From: an uncultured bacterium
Lineage (GTDB): Bacteria; Zixibacteria; MSB-5A5; CAIYYT01
Assembly (NCBI GenBank): GCA_963726455.1
Contig: CAVSCK010000004.1
Coordinates: 736,001 to 800,000, forward strand
DNA length: 64,000 nucleotides
Direction: 5' to 3'
Within the stretch, counting starts at the first letter, position 1. Every line of letters starts with the position of its first letter. Shown piece by piece: positions 33,078-43,097 of this stretch. Below the pieces are notes generated by a model, which did no database searches, was not told the origin of the DNA, and saw only the letters and a program-made list of their open reading frames with translations. The position numbers were made by a program, and so were the translations under genes.

Positions 33078-33148
33078 ATTATCTCCTTAGTGTTAAATGC
33101 CATGAATTTCAACTTTGAGCGTCTGCCAAAGACATCACCATTATCTGA

Positions 33149-33164
33149 AGCAAATTGTCTGCCG
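33149..33164 (-). promoter_or_regulatory. Sigma54 (-24/-12) promoter of the PEP-CTERM gene
   Basis: CGGCAGA-CAAT-TTGCT (GG-N10-GC), about 70 nt upstream of the start. Confidence 0.6.
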
Positions 33165-33364
33165 GTTTATGCTGGTCTGGTCAATCCCATGAATTACAAT
33201 AGATTATGTCCTTCGAACTAGAGTCCGAGTCTACATTACGAGTGGCTAAGTGTCGAAGATGTTTACGACTCCAGACACGGCCCGACTCGGTTGTCTGCTT
33301 AAGTGTCTTGCTGAATTAAAGTTAGCATCGCAAAGCAATCTGTCAGAATCGTGGACAGCCGGTC

Positions 33365-33497
33365 GGGTGGCCCGGACGTTCAGCGAACTGAAGTTGTCGA
33401 AATCCGCGGCTAGGCGGGGAGATGAAATCGAGGGTGTGCCAGAAGTGGTTTCGGTCTACTACATTAACTCCGCCCGCAGTCGGGCGGAGTTAGTCTT
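33365..33497. repeat. Dispersed structured intergenic repeat, copy A
   Basis: Shares GGGTGG..CGGACG, GAACTGAAGTTGTCGAAA, AGGCGGG, GGTTTCG..CTAC and GGCGGA in order with 36541-36686; includes a perfect 12-bp hairpin at 33465-33492. Confidence 0.7.
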
Positions 33498-33562
33498 TGT
33501 GTCACGGACTGACGGGCGGCCCGGACGGGGTTGGTATGATTACTGCTCTGCGGTACCTGACG

Positions 33563-35710
33563 TTACATTCCGACGCAGGGAACAGATCCGCTGCTGAAGA
33601 TATATTGGATTAGGTACACGGCATCCGAAATGTCACATCCCCGATCGCAATTGACGTCGCCCTGCCGATACGGATACGGAGCTCCTCCCTGGCCGAATAT
33701 GTAATTGATCAGAAAGACAACGTCCGATATATCGATGGCTCCGGAAGTGTTGGCATCCCCCATCATGAACGTCGGCGGCGTCATCTGGAGCACACTGACA
33801 TAGCTGGACCCCATGACGTAAGCGTAGTCGCCGCGGACCGCAAGCGAATGCGCAAGGTTTCCGGTCCAGTAGTTGGATATCTGCTGCGGCCTTTGCGGAT
33901 TATACAGATCAATCACCGAGACTTCGTTTGTCGCAGAAAAGAGAAAGTCACCCTGGCGCGCCAACGATTTTGCGGCGCCGTTCACCCAACATGTTCCGAT
34001 CTCTTTTGGCGCCGCCGGATTGGTACAGTCGACAATCATCGTCCGGTACGACGTAAGACTCAAGTAGGCGGTGTCATTAACTACTTCCATACCGTAAATC
34101 ACGGTACTCGGCGTCGGCTGATAACGGCCGATTACGCTTGGATTGGTGGGTTGGGAGAGGTCCATTATCGCCAGCGAATTCGGGAAATCGTTGCCGACAA
34201 TTACATAGGCGCGATTGCCTATCAATTTGATCTTTTCAATAGTCCAGAGTTCCGACGACCTGAACTGCGAAAGCACAACGGGGCGAACGGGATCGGAAAC
34301 ATCAATGATATCCATGAAGTCTGCCAGACCGGTGACAGCGATATTTCCTTGGACGTCGAGATGGAAGGGAACGTCCACCTCCGTCGAGGATAGTAGCGCG
34401 GGGTTGGAGGGATCGGATATGTCGAGAATGTTGAGCCAATTGGCGTCGGTCAGATACACGAGATTCCCAATGGCTTCGACTTCCTGTGCCTTGTCACCTT
34501 GCGGCACAAATGTGCTCAGGAGAACCGGTGCGGCAGGATTAGAAATGTCGATGAGACTAAGGCCCGAGTACACAACGGCGACTGTATTGCCCGTAAGTGC
34601 CAGGTTACCCGGAAAGTTCAATTCTTGAAACGGCAAGTCCCCCATAGATACCGGACTGGTGGGAACAGCAACGTTCCAGACATCTAGACGGCCGGAGCTG
34701 CAAATGTAAAGATTGTCACCCTCCTTCGCGAGAGTAGATGTCGAGGTTGGGAACGTGGCTACCTGTAGCGGTGCGGCGGGATCGCTGAAATCGATCACGC
34801 AGGCAGGTTTCGACAGATATACATATGACCCGGAAGCCGCAATCATCCCAGGGAAACGGGCGGCAAAGAACCCGAGTGTAGCCGGCATGGCACGATTTGA
34901 TATATCGAACGCCGCCACCCCTGAGTCGCCCTGGACGACGTAGAGCGTGTTGCCGCTGAGGGCGAAGTACTGTGGACTCAACTCGCTCGGGAATGGATAC
35001 ACGGACACAGTTTGCATGTTTGCCGGATCAGAAATGTCAACGACGTCGATGTCATCATGCGCAGCGAGATACGCATGGTTACCAACGATCTGAATCCTTG
35101 AGATATTCATGGCGCTCGGCCAAAAACCCACTGGGTCGGGGTTCAGCGGATTCGAAATGTCAACCGCGAGCAGGCCGTCGTGAGCAGCCACCAGCGCCGT
35201 TGAACCGGACACCTTGAGGTCGTTGCAGTATACAGCGAGGGTGCACGATGCCACAATGACCGGATGCACCGGATCGGTCAAGTCCATTACTGTGAAAGCC
35301 GGCTGCAAGTTTCGAACCATATAGAGGTAATTCCCGGAAATGTCGACCGACCATGGCTTGGCACCGCCTTCGATCTTCATTTGGTTCACGATAACCGGAT
35401 TTGTCGGATCGCTCACATCAACCACGATTAGCCCATTATCATTTGGGCTGTATATATAGTTGCCCTCAGGATGAACCGATCCCAGCACCGGGAAATTGAA
35501 CCGCCCCACCTCCTGGATTGGATACAAGCTGTCGTAATCCGACCGGCTCTCGCCGGTCTGCGCTTTGCCCAGACTGGTTGACGCCGAACGTTCACCGCCA
35601 TTCAGAGATACGAAGGCAGCAGCGATCAGAGCGACGGCCAGGACGATGCAACGGTAGCTGCGACTCATGAAATACCTCCTTGGAACAAATAGATCAAGAT
35701 CGGTCTGCAA
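33563..35710 (-). CDS. LVIVD-repeat secreted protein with C-terminal dockerin-like domain
   Basis: Many (L/V)xxxDxSxPxxP repeats; GDANTSGAIDISDVVFLINYIF...GDVNCDRGCDISDAVYLIQYIF. Likely ATG at about 35668 after AGGAGG. Confidence 0.9.
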   Translation of the reverse strand: MQTDLDLFVPRRYFMSRSYRCIVLAVALIAAAFVSLNGGERSASTSLGKAQTGESRSDYDSLYPIQEVGRFNFPVLGSVHPEGNYIYSPNDNGLIVVDVSDPTNPVIVNQMKIEGGAKPWSVDISGNYLYMVRNLQPAFTVMDLTDPVHPVIVASCTLAVYCNDLKVSGSTALVAAHDGLLAVDISNPLNPDPVGFWPSAMNISRIQIVGNHAYLAAHDDIDVVDISDPANMQTVSVYPFPSELSPQYFALSGNTLYVVQGDSGVAAFDISNRAMPATLGFFAARFPGMIAASGSYVYLSKPACVIDFSDPAAPLQVATFPTSTSTLAKEGDNLYICSSGRLDVWNVAVPTSPVSMGDLPFQELNFPGNLALTGNTVAVVYSGLSLIDISNPAAPVLLSTFVPQGDKAQEVEAIGNLVYLTDANWLNILDISDPSNPALLSSTEVDVPFHLDVQGNIAVTGLADFMDIIDVSDPVRPVVLSQFRSSELWTIEKIKLIGNRAYVIVGNDFPNSLAIMDLSQPTNPSVIGRYQPTPSTVIYGMEVVNDTAYLSLTSYRTMIVDCTNPAAPKEIGTCWVNGAAKSLARQGDFLFSATNEVSVIDLYNPQRPQQISNYWTGNLAHSLAVRGDYAYVMGSSYVSVLQMTPPTFMMGDANTSGAIDISDVVFLINYIFGQGGAPYPYRQGDVNCDRGCDISDAVYLIQYIFSSGSVPCVGM

Positions 35711-35938
35711 GAGTGACCCGTTTCCGCTTTTGAATATATGCTCACCGGCTGCGCTTCCTCACAGACAGCGCGCCGCATAGACTTTGAGTTTCCGACTATT
35801 TACAGTGCGACGGAAAGCTAATGAAACAAAATCGACATGTCAAGAGTTTTTATGGCCTGTTCCAACCGGGATGCGAGATTGAGTTCGTATCGGAGACTAT
35901 CGAATGCAGCTGGACAAAGGCCACGGAACGTTTGAGTT

Positions 35939-36409
35939 CTACGTCCCGGATTTCGCACTCCTCGGGCCGATGGCTCCCCCGGACAAGCTGATCAACTGCA
36001 TGTTTGCTTTGTATGTCTTGACGCCGAAGACCACAGCGATAATGCCGAAGATCAGCAGGAACAGGTGATGAATGAATACGAAATTCACGAGCATTGACAC
36101 TCCGCCGGAAAGCTCAAAGATGAGAGCCGTCCAGCCAGTTGATTGAAAAGCTTTCCGGATCCCCCAGATGATCAGGAAGAGTCCTCCGCCTCCGATTAAC
36201 ACAAACATGGCCCACGCCAGCGGAGAAGCTCCGGAGATGCCTTCTGGGATAAGACCGAAATGTGCCCCGAGCAACAGGGCCAGGAAGAACAAACCGACTT
36301 CGAACATCAGCACGCCCACAATCTGCGCGGCGATGATTTTCACGAGAGTTCCTTGCGCCAGCGGCATAATAGCCGGACTGTCGGCCTTTGACATTCCCCT
36401 TAGACTCAT
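35939..36409 (-). CDS. Hypothetical membrane protein (about 4 TM)
   Basis: Four hydrophobic segments in 156 aa. Confidence 0.6.
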   Translation of the reverse strand: MSLRGMSKADSPAIMPLAQGTLVKIIAAQIVGVLMFEVGLFFLALLLGAHFGLIPEGISGASPLAWAMFVLIGGGGLFLIIWGIRKAFQSTGWTALIFELSGGVSMLVNFVFIHHLFLLIFGIIAVVFGVKTYKANMQLISLSGGAIGPRSAKSGT

Positions 36410-36540
36410 GATATTCCTGCCTTTCTAATTCGTTGACCTTTCCCCGAACGTTTTCGCATCTCTCGGCGAAGGTGGTTGCCTTATCAAAGACAAGATGGTG
36501 AGATTGTGTGACAGTCGGCAAACAGAATTATGGGAGTGGT

Positions 36541-36686
36541 GGGTGGTGCGGACGTATGTGTTCCCGTTCGGTGAACTGAAGTTGTCGAAACCCGCATGGA
36601 GGCGGGAGACGAGTTTGATTGTGTACCGCCTGGGGTTTCGAGCTACTCAACTCTCCCCACAGCAAGCTGCGGCGGACTAGGGCTTT
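36541..36686. repeat. Dispersed structured intergenic repeat, copy B
   Basis: Homologous to 33365-33497; internal inverted arms TCGAAACCC/GGGTTTCGA. Confidence 0.7.
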
Positions 36687-36692
36687 CATTGT

Positions 36693-37436
36693 TTAGGTAT
36701 CCAGGAAGTCCCATTCATCTCCAAGGACCCACCGGATTGCTGACAGTTTTCCGTTTATCATTCCCCATTCAAAATCATCATGAGGTCCCAAGCACTTTTT
36801 CCCATATGTATTCTCTATTCTCTTTGCTTCCGCTCGTGCTCTTTTCCAAATTTCCTGATCCACTTTTTCTTTCTTCTCGTCCACTGCGCATTTTATGAGT
36901 TGATGGCGGTCATACCACATTCTATCGAAGAATTCGACTTCCGCCGCCACTATCTCCTCAATATTGCGAATCGACTCGTCAATCAGATTGTACTTTCTGA
37001 GGAGGGCCCTTTTCCTTCTACAGAGCTTTTCAATTGTCGGCTTTTCCCACAATCTTATTTCGAAAGGTGGCTTCCTATTCCTCTTATATTCCTGTAAATA
37101 TCTTTTGGCTGGATTAGACAAATGTCCGGAAATGATGAATAAGGCGACGCGTGGGCTTTCTGCCTCGGCCCAGCTTAATAGGTTCTGAAGTTGAGTCGGA
37201 GGGACAGCTTTTTTGTGGTGTTTACACTCGATGTACCAAGTTTCGACTGATCTTGACAAGTCAATGTCTGTCTTGAATAGCTCACCGATTATGTCCCGCC
37301 CCTGATCGGCTGGGCTAGCAGGACGATTCGTTCCTTTTCTCCAGTCCAAGTTCACAAAGCCAAGGGAGTCTAGGAGGTCATAGCAGAATTGTTCAAATTC
37401 TGTTGGCTTCAATTTTTCGAATTGTAGCTTCACCAT
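36693..37436 (-). CDS. Mrr-like (type IV) restriction endonuclease domain fused to a helical C-terminal domain
   Basis: EFEQFCYDLL..LGF, ADQGRDII...YIECKH PD-(D/E)xK pattern; visibly AT-richer than the flanks. Confidence 0.8.
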   Translation of the reverse strand: MVKLQFEKLKPTEFEQFCYDLLDSLGFVNLDWRKGTNRPASPADQGRDIIGELFKTDIDLSRSVETWYIECKHHKKAVPPTQLQNLLSWAEAESPRVALFIISGHLSNPAKRYLQEYKRNRKPPFEIRLWEKPTIEKLCRRKRALLRKYNLIDESIRNIEEIVAAEVEFFDRMWYDRHQLIKCAVDEKKEKVDQEIWKRARAEAKRIENTYGKKCLGPHDDFEWGMINGKLSAIRWVLGDEWDFLDT

Positions 37437-37655
37437 CTTAACTTCTTCACTCCTTTATCACTTGCCGCTCGGTGCCGTGCACCCACATGATTGGGAAACT
37501 GAAAGAGACGAGTCTCACGTCCAAGTGCGTTCAGGAGTCGTGCCTTTGAGCAATTGTGCATCACGGTTCCGTAAGATACCGGACGCACGTCCGGGCCACC
37601 CAGCACCCGGCGGTTATGACTTACGGAAATATGAATCGGCCCATCGTTCAGCGGA

Positions 37656-37937
37656 TTACTCGAGATGCTCCGGACCGCACAAATTCCGCAAGAACATCGC
37701 GAGTTCCTCATTGGAGATCCGTCCACTTGACACTGCTTGTCTTATGATTGCGCCCAGACTTGACCAAGTGAAGTATGCAGGACGGAGGACGAATCCGTCT
37801 GGAGAGACTTTGGTTCCCCTCCAGACGAGCGCGAACTCCACTCTTCCGTCCTCATCATCTCGAATCACTCTGTCAAGGCAGAAGCGATACCGACCGTGAT
37901 GAACAGGCATACCTACCAACTCCTCATGTGTCGCCAA
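37656..37937 (-). CDS. Hypothetical protein
   Basis: 93-aa ORF preceded by GAGGA, co-oriented with its neighbours. Confidence 0.55.
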   Translation of the reverse strand: MATHEELVGMPVHHGRYRFCLDRVIRDDEDGRVEFALVWRGTKVSPDGFVLRPAYFTWSSLGAIIRQAVSSGRISNEELAMFLRNLCGPEHLE

Positions 37938-37979
37938 TTCCTCATCCTTTCCGAAGTTTTGTCACAACTTCCAGAGTGT

Positions 37980-38630
37980 CTATTCTTCGACCTCTCCTAT
38001 TTCGAGCTTCCAGCTTCCCACGCTGTTTACCTGCAGATAGAAGATACCCCCCTTCGGAATATATGAGGACCCAACTCCACTACCAAGCTGATTCGCAATT
38101 ACTTCCTCCCTTGACGAGGTTGCGGAATGAAGGTAAACTTGAAATATATCTCCGGTAGCACTCCACCGCACTTCCCATTCTCCCGATACCTTGAAGGGTC
38201 GCGTTGTCTGAACACCCTTTCCCTGGAAAGTCAAAGCCTCTGGCTTGCTGCCGACCTTTGCAGGCGTTACGAGTGTCTCTCTTGCAATCTGCACTATTCT
38301 GACATTCCATGTTCCAAGAGCATTTATCTGGAGATAGAATCTGCCCGCTCTGGGCTGGTAAGAACTGCCTCTCCCATCACCCAACTGATTCGCAACAATT
38401 TCATCCATATCGCCATTGGTGTCGCGAAGCGACAGCTGAAAAAGGTCTCCGCTGGCCTCCCATTGTATTTCCCAGTCTTCGCCAGCGGTGAAAGGCCTGG
38501 TATTACTTATGCCTGTGCCGGAAAACGATCGAATCAATGAATCGTTTCCTACCGCTAACGATGCAGTTATGACCACGAACGCTGCCAGCCATCTTATCAC
38601 AATGACAGTCATAATACTTTGTCCCTCCAC
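37980..38630 (-). CDS. Secreted protein with two tandem beta-sandwich repeats
   Basis: Signal peptide; F.G.G...TRPF....WE..W.A.GD.FQ...ANQLG.G.GSSY.P..G.FYLQ.N..G.W occurs twice. Confidence 0.75.
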   Translation of the reverse strand: MEGQSIMTVIVIRWLAAFVVITASLAVGNDSLIRSFSGTGISNTRPFTAGEDWEIQWEASGDLFQLSLRDTNGDMDEIVANQLGDGRGSSYQPRAGRFYLQINALGTWNVRIVQIARETLVTPAKVGSKPEALTFQGKGVQTTRPFKVSGEWEVRWSATGDIFQVYLHSATSSREEVIANQLGSGVGSSYIPKGGIFYLQVNSVGSWKLEIGEVEE

Positions 38631-38748
38631 CAGTTTCGAAAGTCAAGACCGGCCCAGTCATGGCAGTCTCTATCTATAGGTTTGCCCTTTCCTAGCCCCG
38701 TATTCAATTTTCGATCATTAACACAATAATCTGTGCGGCATTTCTTGT

Positions 38749-38892
38749 CAAACATAAAAAACCCCTGCCGTTACCGACAGGGGTTTATATATCAAGAAAT
38801 AGCGTGCAGGATGAAAGCTTGGGTGTCGTTAGTATTGGATTCCCGCCCGTCAGTGCCGGATATTCGACTTTCGCGGGAATGACAAGTATCGT
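38749..38892 (-). repeat. Second copy of the 16S 3' trailer (REP-like arm, processing strand, terminator)
   Basis: 38749-38820 is nearly identical to 39374-39442; 38872-38892 is identical to 39545-39565. Confidence 0.9.
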
Positions 38893-38906
38893 GCGAGCCC
38901 AAGTCC

Positions 38907-39127
38907 TCACAGGAGCTTGACGAATTCATCGACACCGAGGCCGGACTGACGAAGGATCGCACGCAGAGTACCACGGTCGAGTTCCTTGTGGTCAGGCACG
39001 ACGAGTTGGGCGAAAGGATCATCACGTCGGAGGATAACGTGGCTTCCTCCTGCCTCTTGAAATAGAAGTCTGCCTTCTCCAAAGCCCTAATGCATTCACG
39101 ACCGGAAATACGCGGGAGCTTACTCAT
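38907..39127 (-). pseudogene. hicA: HicA mRNA interferase toxin, frameshifted (one base missing near 39048)
   Basis: MSKLPRISGRECIRALEKADFYFKRQ / GSHVILRRDDPFAQLVVPDHKELDRGTLRAILRQSG; span 221 nt, one short of 74 codons. Confidence 0.85.
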
Positions 39128-39330
39128 ACGGCGATTATGACGGCGTCGAACCGCTCGCCGGGCACAGGAAGCTTATCCTCCTCAAGAGCGGCCACGTAGC
39201 CACGAATCGCTTCTCGGATATTCTCGATGGCCTGTTCTTTCGTCTCACCTTGACTAATACATCCGGGCAAGCTGGGGCATTCCGCGACCCAGTAACCATC
39301 CTCGCCGGGATAGATGATTGCTTGTCTCAT
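39124..39330 (-). CDS. hicB: HicB family antitoxin (short form, no DNA-binding domain)
   Basis: EDGYWVAECPSLPGCISQGETKEQAIENIREAI; ATGA overlap with hicA. Confidence 0.93.
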   Translation of the reverse strand: MRQAIIYPGEDGYWVAECPSLPGCISQGETKEQAIENIREAIRGYVAALEEDKLPVPGERFDAVIIAV

Positions 39331-39381
39331 TTGCTTCCTCCTACAAATAATATACGCCATGGCACATCTGAGCCAAACAAA

Positions 39382-39409
39382 AAACCCCTGCCGTTGCCGG
39401 CAGGGGTTT
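39382..39409 (-). terminator. 16S rRNA intrinsic terminator
   Basis: Perfect 12-bp stem, GCAA loop, U-tract on the minus strand. Confidence 0.85.
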
Positions 39410-39415
39410 ATATAT

Positions 39416-39442
39416 CAAGAAATAGCGTGCGGATGAAAGCTT
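39416..39442 (-). other. 3' strand of the 16S processing stem
   Basis: Transcript AAGCUUUCAUCCGCACGCUAUUUCUUG is complementary to leader 41299-41328. Confidence 0.85.
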
Positions 39443-39602
39443 CTTTGGCGTTCGTCTGGACTCGCTTCGCGGTATTGCGACGAAACCGAGATACGTCGAC
39501 AGAGTTTGTAAAGCGATACGAGTTGATACTTGCGTGTCCGCTTGCGCGGGAATGACAAGTATCGTATGCCGTGTTGTACCGCTGTACACCCATAACTCCT
39601 TA

Positions 39603-41163
<1,561 letters not shown>

Positions 41164-41298
41164 AAAATTTGAATTAGCTCTAGAATTAGAAGTTCCGTGA
41201 TCTCGTACTAAATTCGACACCAGATCACGTCGTTCGAATTGGCTTAAAATTTGGTTTTGACAGAGTCGCTTTTTTCAAAACAACTTTGCCCGTATCTC

Positions 41299-41336
41299 AA
41301 GCTTTCATATTAGCACACTATTTTCTTGTCAAAGAC
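41299..41336 (-). promoter_or_regulatory. rRNA leader: boxA-like site and 5' processing strand
   Basis: Minus strand GTCTTTGACAAGAAAATAGTGTGCTAATATGAAAGCTT. Confidence 0.75.
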
Positions 41337-41430
41337 CGTTACGCTCTCCCGTCGAGAGCGATAAAAAAGCTGACCGAGGTCAGTTGTCATTCGCTGATTT
41401 AAAGATCACTGCCCCCATCAGCGGGCAAAC

Positions 41431-41458
41431 AATATACGTATGGCCTTTCAGGTGTCAA
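41431..41458 (-). promoter_or_regulatory. Sigma70 promoter of the 16S gene
   Basis: TTGACA-16 nt-TATATT. Confidence 0.7.
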
Positions 41459-41591
41459 GGGAAATTCTCAAGTATTTCGAGAAAAAGTTCGTGGGGCGTT
41501 TTGACGCGCCAGAATTGGCCGTCAAGCGATTGTCCGGCTATTATCAGGATATCGACGGCATTACGTCAGAAGGTATACTTCGAAGAACCTG

Positions 41592-41617
41592 TTAACCTCC
41601 CCTATCCATTGGACGTC
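41592..41617 (+). promoter_or_regulatory. Putative ECF-sigma promoter
   Basis: TAAC-17 nt-CGTC just upstream of the ECF operon. Confidence 0.4.
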
Positions 41618-41625
41618 TTAGGGGC

Positions 41626-41982
41626 ATGATGCAAGACGACGTAGCAAGTAGCCAGTGTTCATCGCAGCATGAAGGCGCCACGATCGGCTCAAGCGACTTG
41701 ATGGCAGACAAGATGGCGACAAAAGTTTCGGGTCAACTGCCGACCAGAGCCATGGTCAGAGCAATTCAGATCGGCACAGTCCTGTTGACTTTGGGAAGTG
41801 GCCTCCTTCTGAATAGCTGGATCCTGGGCAAGACGAGCGACCTCAATAATTTGAGTAGGTCCAGCGACGCCGGTTATTGGGGACTAATGTCCGTGGCTGT
41901 TGGCGCAGGTATGATGCTTGGAGTTGCGGTCACCTATTTCTATCGCCTGATCTTCTTGATCGTCAAGAGGCACACTGAATGA
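41626..41982 (+). CDS. Membrane protein, partial paralog of the next gene
   Basis: VRAIQIG...YWGLMSVAVGAG parallels IRTIQVG...FWGTVGISLGIG in the next ORF. Confidence 0.55.
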   Translation: MMQDDVASSQCSSQHEGATIGSSDLMADKMATKVSGQLPTRAMVRAIQIGTVLLTLGSGLLLNSWILGKTSDLNNLSRSSDAGYWGLMSVAVGAGMMLGVAVTYFYRLIFLIVKRHTE

Positions 41983-42025
41983 GATTTGAAATTGCAGATA
42001 TTTATCTTGAGACAGGAGAGCAAGA

Positions 42026-42517
42026 ATGGATGCAATAGTTATCCAGGAAACGGTAATCGCCGTCGCGGGTATTGGCTTTGCCGCATTTGTCATCTGGTTG
42101 GTTTTTCGCCGATACAGTATGTCGGTGAAAGCGCGGCTGGAACAGGCGGAATACAGGAATCGACTGCTGGAGAAATTCGCCACTGCCGCGGAGTTCATCG
42201 AATTCGTGCGCACGCCCGAAGGTCGATCAATGGTCGACCCCTGGACATCCAAGTTGACCTCGAATCCAGCCCTGGGTGTGATTCGCACAATTCAGGTGGG
42301 AGTAGGAAGCTTCTTCATCGGCATCGCCCTGACGTTAGGTTCACATCGACTGGACGGCAAGACCGATATCAACTTTGTCATGCAATCCCTCAATGAAAGA
42401 TTCTGGGGCACGGTGGGAATCTCTCTGGGAATCGGATTGATTATTGCCGGTTTGATCGCGTATGTGCTGGCGAGGCGGATGGGATTGATAAAACCGGGCG
42501 CGTCCGATGCCAAATGA
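42026..42517 (+). CDS. ECF-associated membrane protein (DUF6249-like)
   Basis: TM segment, RLLEKFATAAEFIEFVRTPEG, two further TMs; AGGAG SD. Confidence 0.7.
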   Translation: MDAIVIQETVIAVAGIGFAAFVIWLVFRRYSMSVKARLEQAEYRNRLLEKFATAAEFIEFVRTPEGRSMVDPWTSKLTSNPALGVIRTIQVGVGSFFIGIALTLGSHRLDGKTDINFVMQSLNERFWGTVGISLGIGLIIAGLIAYVLARRMGLIKPGASDAK

Positions 42518-42533
42518 ATTATCGTGCAAGTGA

Positions 42534-43097
42534 GTGGCCAGAGTCGAAGCTGTGATCAATGAGGAAAGCTTCACCGAATTCCATCGTCGAACATCAGAGG
42601 CGTTCTGGTCGTACCTGTTTCGACTGACGGCCGACCGAAGTCTGGCGGATGATATGTTGCAGGATTCGTATGTACGCCTCATTAACAAAGCTCCCGACGG
42701 GCTTGATGGTCGGCAGTTGAAATCATACCTGTATCAGATCGGCACGAGGATCTTCTACGATCATCTTCGGACTCTCAAGCGCAAACGCCGGTGGTTTGCC
42801 GAATCTGCAAATGGCGCGGGACCTTCTGGTGACGAAATTGAACAATCCGAGGCAGCAGATCAAACCAGCTCTATCACTGGCGATCAGCGGCGTACGGTTG
42901 CGCGGGCGCTGAATGATCTCACACCTCAGGAGAGAAGTCTCCTTTGGCTGGCCCATGTTGAGGGCTATACTCATGAAGAGATTGCGCAGATTCATGGACT
43001 CAGTCCGGCAAGTATCAAAGTCCTATTGTTTCGCGCCAGAAAGCGGCTCAAAGAAGTACTTGGAGCCATGGGAATTCAATCAATTGGTGATGTATGA
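42534..43097 (+). CDS. ECF family RNA polymerase sigma factor
   Basis: ADDMLQDSY, YLYQI (region 2); LTPQER...EGYTHEEIA...SIKVLLFRARKRL (region 4). Confidence 0.93.
   Translation: MARVEAVINEESFTEFHRRTSEAFWSYLFRLTADRSLADDMLQDSYVRLINKAPDGLDGRQLKSYLYQIGTRIFYDHLRTLKRKRRWFAESANGAGPSGDEIEQSEAADQTSSITGDQRRTVARALNDLTPQERSLLWLAHVEGYTHEEIAQIHGLSPASIKVLLFRARKRLKEVLGAMGIQSIGDV

Noticed and set aside
35730-35820. Degenerate GEMM-like leader upstream of the LVIVD gene
   Set aside because: Only scattered motif similarity; the core GGCAAA and P1 pairing are not evident without a covariance search.
33365-39442. Integron cassette array
   Set aside because: The repeats lack RYYYAAC/GTTRRRY ends and no IntI is present; reported instead as an unnamed repeat.
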